Assembly: GCF_006345805.1 (NCBI RefSeq)
Contig: NW_021825906.1
Coordinates: 1-13,995, forward strand
From: Octopus sinensis
Lineage: Eukaryota
Direction of reading: 5' to 3'
DNA: 13,995 bases
Part shown: in pieces, positions 9,589 through 13,995 of the stretch
Position numbering within the stretch: position 1 is the stretch's first letter
Layout of the letters: the number at the start of each line of letters is the position of its first letter
The notes under the pieces: generated by a model
Databases searched by the model: none
The model's input: the letters and a program-made list of their open reading frames with translations, nothing else
Told to the model about the DNA's origin: nothing
Translations under genes and position numbers: made by a program

Positions 9589-9898
9589 GCATGTATGTAT
9601 GTATGTATGTATGTACATGTATGTATGTATGTATGTATGTATGTATATGCTTGTGCATGTGAGTTTGTCGCCACACCATACCTTGGCAACCGACGCTGGT
9701 TTGTTTAAGTCCCAATAACGTAGCAGTTCGGCAAAACAGTCTGATAGAATAAGTACTAGGTTTATAAAGAATAAGTTCTGGAGTCGATTCTTTCTACTAA
9801 AGGCGTTGCTTTCAGCATCGCCGCAGTCAAATGACTGAAACAAAGAAAAGAATAAAAGAATACATACATATACATACATATACATATATGCACAAACA
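9587..9898 (+). mobile_element. SINE 3' half, copy B (right arm of inverted pair)
   Basis: Reverse complement aligns with copy A over its whole length and ends in AAAGAAAAGAATAAAAGAATA plus a (TACA) microsatellite. Confidence 0.85.
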
Positions 9899-10325
9899 CA
9901 CAAGCACACATACACACACATATATGCAATTCCCAAGACAAACAATAGCTAACTGTAGAGTAACATGCATAAAACTGTGAGCATAGAATATTTGATTGTA
10001 TGTTAAAAATAATTTTTAATGAGGAAAATCAGGTATTAAAGGCAATTATTCTTTAGAAATGGGCAACAGAATAAACTCATTAAATTTTAATAGAAGAATA
10101 CAAATTGTTAAGGCAAAGGGGATGAGGAAGTTATTTTCATCGTAGTCAGCCAGGGTGTTAACTGTAGGTATGTTTTATATTTGATGTTGCTCATTAGCAA
10201 GACTCAGTTAATTGGTCGTTGTCACGAATAGAGGTAATGTTTTGTTTAGAGTGCTCGCAAATTAATTTTAATTTCCATGTTTTCCAACCAGCGCCATAAG
10301 TATGGTGTAAACCAGATTGCTTTTG

Positions 10326-10326
<1 letters not shown>

Positions 10327-10373
<47 letters not shown>

Positions 10374-10411
10374 ACACACACACACCACACACACACACAC
10401 ACACATACACA
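10327..10411 (+). repeat. (CA)n microsatellite
   Basis: Directly visible. Confidence 0.97.
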
Positions 10412-10570
10412 CAAATAGAGGCCAGGAAAATGCTTATTAGCATTTCATCTGTCTTCTCATTTCAGATTCCGCTGATTTCGGCTTTCGGGGTCGATAAAAT
10501 AAGTACTAAGCAAGTAGTGGGGTCGATGTAATGGACTGGTACTCACTCCCCAAATTTCAGGTCATGTACT
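10412..10570 (+). mobile_element. Decayed SINE with Nin/Deu-like domain
   Basis: CTTTCGGGGTCGATAAAATAAGTACT...GTGGGGTCGATGTAATGGACT...CCCCAAATTTC, homologous to 1258-1381 and 2298-2401. The 5' boundary is approximate. Confidence 0.7.
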
Positions 10571-10581
10571 GAGAGTCGGAA

Positions 10582-10647
10582 GTTCCTTCCCAGCTCTTCT
10601 AAGTTTCTCAGTTCCACATGAGGGTCGGTTTCCCGGTTCCATGGTAC

Positions 10648-10679
<32 letters not shown>

Positions 10680-10682
10680 TAT

Positions 10683-10770
<88 letters not shown>

Positions 10771-10957
10771 ATCCACCCCCACCAACAGGAAACCGGTCCG
10801 TCTCAGGATTACACACTTTTGACAGCTGAATGGACTGGAGCAATATGAAATGAAGAGTTTTGCTCAAGAAAACAATGCATCATCCGATACGGTGATCGAG
10901 ACCACAATTTTACGATCATGAATCCAGACTCCTAACCACTAATCCACGCGCCTCCAC
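10582..10957 (-). mobile_element. tRNA-derived SINE with internal (TA)n expansion
   Basis: Minus-strand head GTGGAGGCGCGTGGATTAGTGGTTAGG with A-box-like TGGATTAGTGG (10946-10936) and B-box-like GGTCTCGATCAC (10903-10892). Tail motif AGGGTCGGTTTCCCGGTT (10621-10638) is shared with the next copy. (TA)n occupies 10646-10772. Confidence 0.8.
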
Positions 10958-10995
10958 TAGGAAGGATACATGTATATATATGTATTTATGGATAT

Positions 10996-11299
10996 TGTTT
11001 GTTCCTTCTCGAGCCACGCCTGGCTCATTAGGGCCGGTTTCCCGGTTTTCTTGGTGTATAGGTTCCCCAACTGGACTGGACGCCGGCCCGTAGCAGGTAA
11101 GTTGCAAGATGCAGGAGGAAAGAATGAGAGAAAGTTGTGGCAAAAGAGTCAGCAGAAGTTTCGCCATTACCTTTTACCGGAGCCGCGTGGAGCTTAGGTG
11201 TCTCGCTCATAAACACACACATCGCCCGGTCTGAGATTCGAAACCGCGATCCATCGACCACGAGTTCACTGCTCTAACCACTAGGCCATGTGCCTCCAC
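10996..11299 (-). mobile_element. Full-length tRNA-derived SINE (304 bp) with 12-bp target site duplication
   Basis: A box TGGCCTAGTGG (11288-11278), B box GGTTTCGAATCT (11245-11234) and an AACAAACA tail. The direct repeat ATTTATGGATAT lies at 10984-10995 and 11300-11311. Confidence 0.92.
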
Positions 11300-11423
11300 A
11301 TTTATGGATATATATCTACAATATCATATTCACTGAATATGTAAATGCATGAATATTCATTTCCCGTTTGTGGGAATATAAATTCTATAACTTATGTGTG
11401 GTATGTTTTTAAAAAAGATAAAA

Positions 11424-11677
11424 CTCTTTCGCGAGCCAAAGGCTGATGATGCCGGTTTCGCGGATTTTGTAGCATATATATTTCCCCTACCACCAGGATG
11501 GTTGGCGGGCCGTCGCAGGATTAGATCATTCATTTACACCATTTCATTGGCGTAGATCAACGTGAAATAAAGAGTTTAAAAAATGAAGAGAAAAACACAA
11601 CGTATCACCTGGCTTGGGAATCGAAAGCACAAACTTATGATCATTTTCACCACCATAACCACTATGCCACGCGACTC
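11424..11677 (-). mobile_element. Decayed tRNA-derived SINE, same type as 10582-10957
   Basis: Head remnant TAACCACTATGCCACGCG and GGGAATCGAAAGCAC, central CAACGTGAAATAAAGAGTTT, and tail motifs CCGTCGCAGGATTA and CCGGTTTCGCGGATT. Confidence 0.65.
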
Positions 11678-11693
11678 GATATGCCATGCGGGA

Positions 11694-11714
11694 TATCTAT
11701 CTATCGTTCTATCA

Positions 11715-11800
<86 letters not shown>

Positions 11801-11801
11801 A

Positions 11802-11833
<32 letters not shown>

Positions 11834-11844
11834 TTATCTATCTA
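11694..11844 (+). repeat. (TATC)n microsatellite
   Basis: Directly visible. Confidence 0.97.
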
Positions 11845-12284
11845 AGTTTTGTCTAGTGATGTTTAAAAAAAGATGGGTGTGAATGTAGCAAGGATGGCAC
11901 GTAGAATGAATGACGAAGCCACCTTGACTATGATTCTATGAACCGTAAAAATAATACAGAGAGTTGCTTATTGCAAAAAAAAAAGAAATATAACATGGGA
12001 CTTCATTGACCGAGGTTACCGGGGTCTTTTCCGTAGGTTTCTTTCCACAGGTAAACCTCACCTGCCCTCCACTTTACACTTCACATTCTGTGATAACGAT
12101 CTCTTCCCCTTACCCCCCTTTTTTAAAATTTTATTTTATCCCCCCCTTTTTTGTCCTCTTTCTTTCCATTTACGATCCCTTTTGATCGAAAACCAACCCC
12201 CTTCTTTTACCCCCAAAAGAAAAGCTTCTAACCTTGTAATTTTTCCTTCTGTGTGTCAGCCCTGTGTGGCTAATAAAGAAACAT
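11845..12284 (+). mobile_element. Probable 5'-truncated non-LTR retrotransposon 3' end (Tx1/L1-like) within (TATC)n
   Basis: A 440-bp island with same-polarity (TATC)n on both sides. It begins with a frameshifted coding remnant MFKKRWV/NVARMARRMNDEATLTMIL* (11859-11941), followed by a pyrimidine-rich 3' UTR and AATAAA (12272-12277) 7 nt before the repeat tail. The clade assignment is tentative. Confidence 0.45.
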
Positions 12285-12313
12285 ATCTCTATCTATCTAT
12301 CTATCTATCTACA

Positions 12314-12378
<65 letters not shown>
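12285..12378 (+). repeat. (TCTA)n microsatellite
   Basis: Directly visible. Confidence 0.97.
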
Positions 12379-12982
12379 CGTTTCTGTCTGTCTATTCGTA
12401 TTGTTCCTCTATTCATTTATTCATTTATTCTAAGAAATCCTATATCTATTCTGTCCCACCATGGTTTATCTGCGGAAATATTCCTATTTCACGTGTTCCA
12501 GAAAAATAACAACGTCCGCTCACACGCACGCGCGCGCACACACTCACACACACACATGCCATTAAACATGCGGCAACGTCATCGCAGATCTCCAAGCAAT
12601 CATATATTCACTCATTTGCCATTAATGCGACCACATGAACGCATATGAATATCAAGTGTCATGAATTTGAATGTAAACAGATATTTCATGATGTACAATT
12701 TCCTTATAACCACTATACATATATGGTAAAATATCGCCGCTTCCAAATCTCATAATAACAACTTTAGGAAACTCGAAACATAGAATGATGGTCGCTGAGT
12801 GCTAGGTGTCACTATAATTAAACATCTCTCCTGGAGAACACATATCCTTAATATATAAAATGCCTGCACCCGAAAAGACCTTAACAAGCTTTTGCTTTTC
12901 GGGTACATAAAACTATTGTGCCGCACCACATAATCTGTAGTCTTCTTCTTAGTGCAAGTAGGACCCTCAAGTGGAATTTTAG

Positions 12983-13204
12983 TATTCTTTTATTCTTCTA
13001 CTTGTTTCAGTAAGTTGACGTCTGCCATGCTGGAGCACCGCCTTTTAGTCGAGCAGATCGACCCCAGGACTTTATTCTTTGTAAGTCTAGTACTTATTCT
13101 ATCGGTGTCTTTTGCCGAACCGCTAAGTTACGGGGACGTAAACATATCACCAGCGGTTGTCAAGCGGTGGAAGGGGGATAAACACAGACACATAATTATA
13201 CATG

Positions 13205-13236
<32 letters not shown>

Positions 13237-13291
13237 CACACACACACTTCTATATGTACGACGGTCTTCTTTCAGTTTCCGCCTACCAAAT
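12983..13291 (-). mobile_element. SINE copy C (same family as A and B), 5'-truncated at a (TA)n tract
   Basis: TATTCTTTTATTCTT...TTGTTTCAGT...ATGCTGGAGCACCGCC...TTTTGCCGAACCGCTAAGTTACGGGGACGTAAAC aligns with A. It extends past the internal (CA)n to TTCTTTCAGTTTCCGCCTACCAAAT. Confidence 0.88.
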
Positions 13292-13995
13292 ATATATATA
13301 TATATATATATATAGTAGCAAACTCATATATACGTAGATATACATGATTATCATGTCCACATATAAGCACATTTTCATGGAGCATAGAACCTGAATGGCT
13401 AAGGGCTGCAATAAATTCAAACACTCTATACAGAGAGAGTGAACGAAAGAGAAAGAGAGAGATAGAGAGGTGGGGAAAGAGAGACGCAGTAAAGAATGAG
13501 GATCAGAAGAAGAAGGGAGAACCAGATTGAGGACAAGTAGATACATTCATTAAAAGTGATATATTCCTGAAATGCACTAATAAAGAAAAAAAAAAAAAAC
13601 GGCTACATCATATGATGATGTGAAGCCATATTGGTTTCTGTAAACGAGATATATTCGTTAACATCGAATCCATGCTGTTATATTTTGTCTTTTTAAATAA
13701 TGTCATATGTTAATATTATCATGTATTTCACGGGAAATGAAGCATTTCTTTAAAGAAATAGACCACAAGAAAAAATATTGTCAATGATAAAATTAGGTTT
13801 TTCTTTTAATACCCGCCAGAAATGTAAGCGTTTCAAATGAACGTTAACAAACAGTCACGCAAGTAAAAAGTCTTGGAAAATTATGCTAAAATAATTACAG
13901 TAAAATTAACAGTAATGCCTTCAGAGAAAATACGTGCAAGTTTTGTTGTACTGTTTGAAAACACGCAGCAATGTTTCTTTATGTATGCATAATTG

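Noticed and set aside
8254-9945. Two ORFs on opposite strands sharing the peptide CILLFFSLFQSFDCGDAESNAFSRKNRLQNLFF
   Set aside because: The shared peptide is a translation of the inverted SINE arms, with microsatellite-derived flanks and no protein-like features.
10892-11299. Possible tRNA genes (A and B boxes)
   Set aside because: The boxes are SINE heads joined to shared bodies and tails, one with a TSD, and no complete cloverleaf is evident.

Overview
AT-rich, microsatellite-dense eukaryotic DNA, most likely octopus or another coleoid cephalopod; this rests on recognised SINE families, and the species cannot be named from the sequence. There is one real gene, a single-coding-exon class A GPCR on the minus strand (5652-6983, 443 aa from the first ATG). 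It belongs to the allatostatin-C/somatostatin/opioid receptor clade but has unusual ligand-pocket residues (V3.32, Y3.36, L7.43) and a C-terminal class I PDZ motif. Downstream of the gene (898-3340) are three different 5'-truncated R4/Dong-like non-LTR retrotransposon ends and two SINE fragments, embedded in (AAT)n/(ATT)n arrays with a consistent strand polarity. Upstream, an inverted SINE pair (8340-8621 and 9587-9898) has outer ~135 bp that match exactly apart from one 6-bp indel, while the inner parts are only ~82% identical. The pair encloses a perfect 89-bp palindrome (44-bp arms) that may be a folded-back Penelope-like terminus carrying half of a hammerhead core. Further upstream are three tandem tRNA-derived SINEs (one full length with a 12-bp TSD), a probable Tx1/L1-like 3' end inside (TATC)n, and a third copy of the inverted-pair SINE. 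The other ORFs in the track are artefacts of microsatellites or repeats. Alignments and translations were done by eye, and no database search was run.
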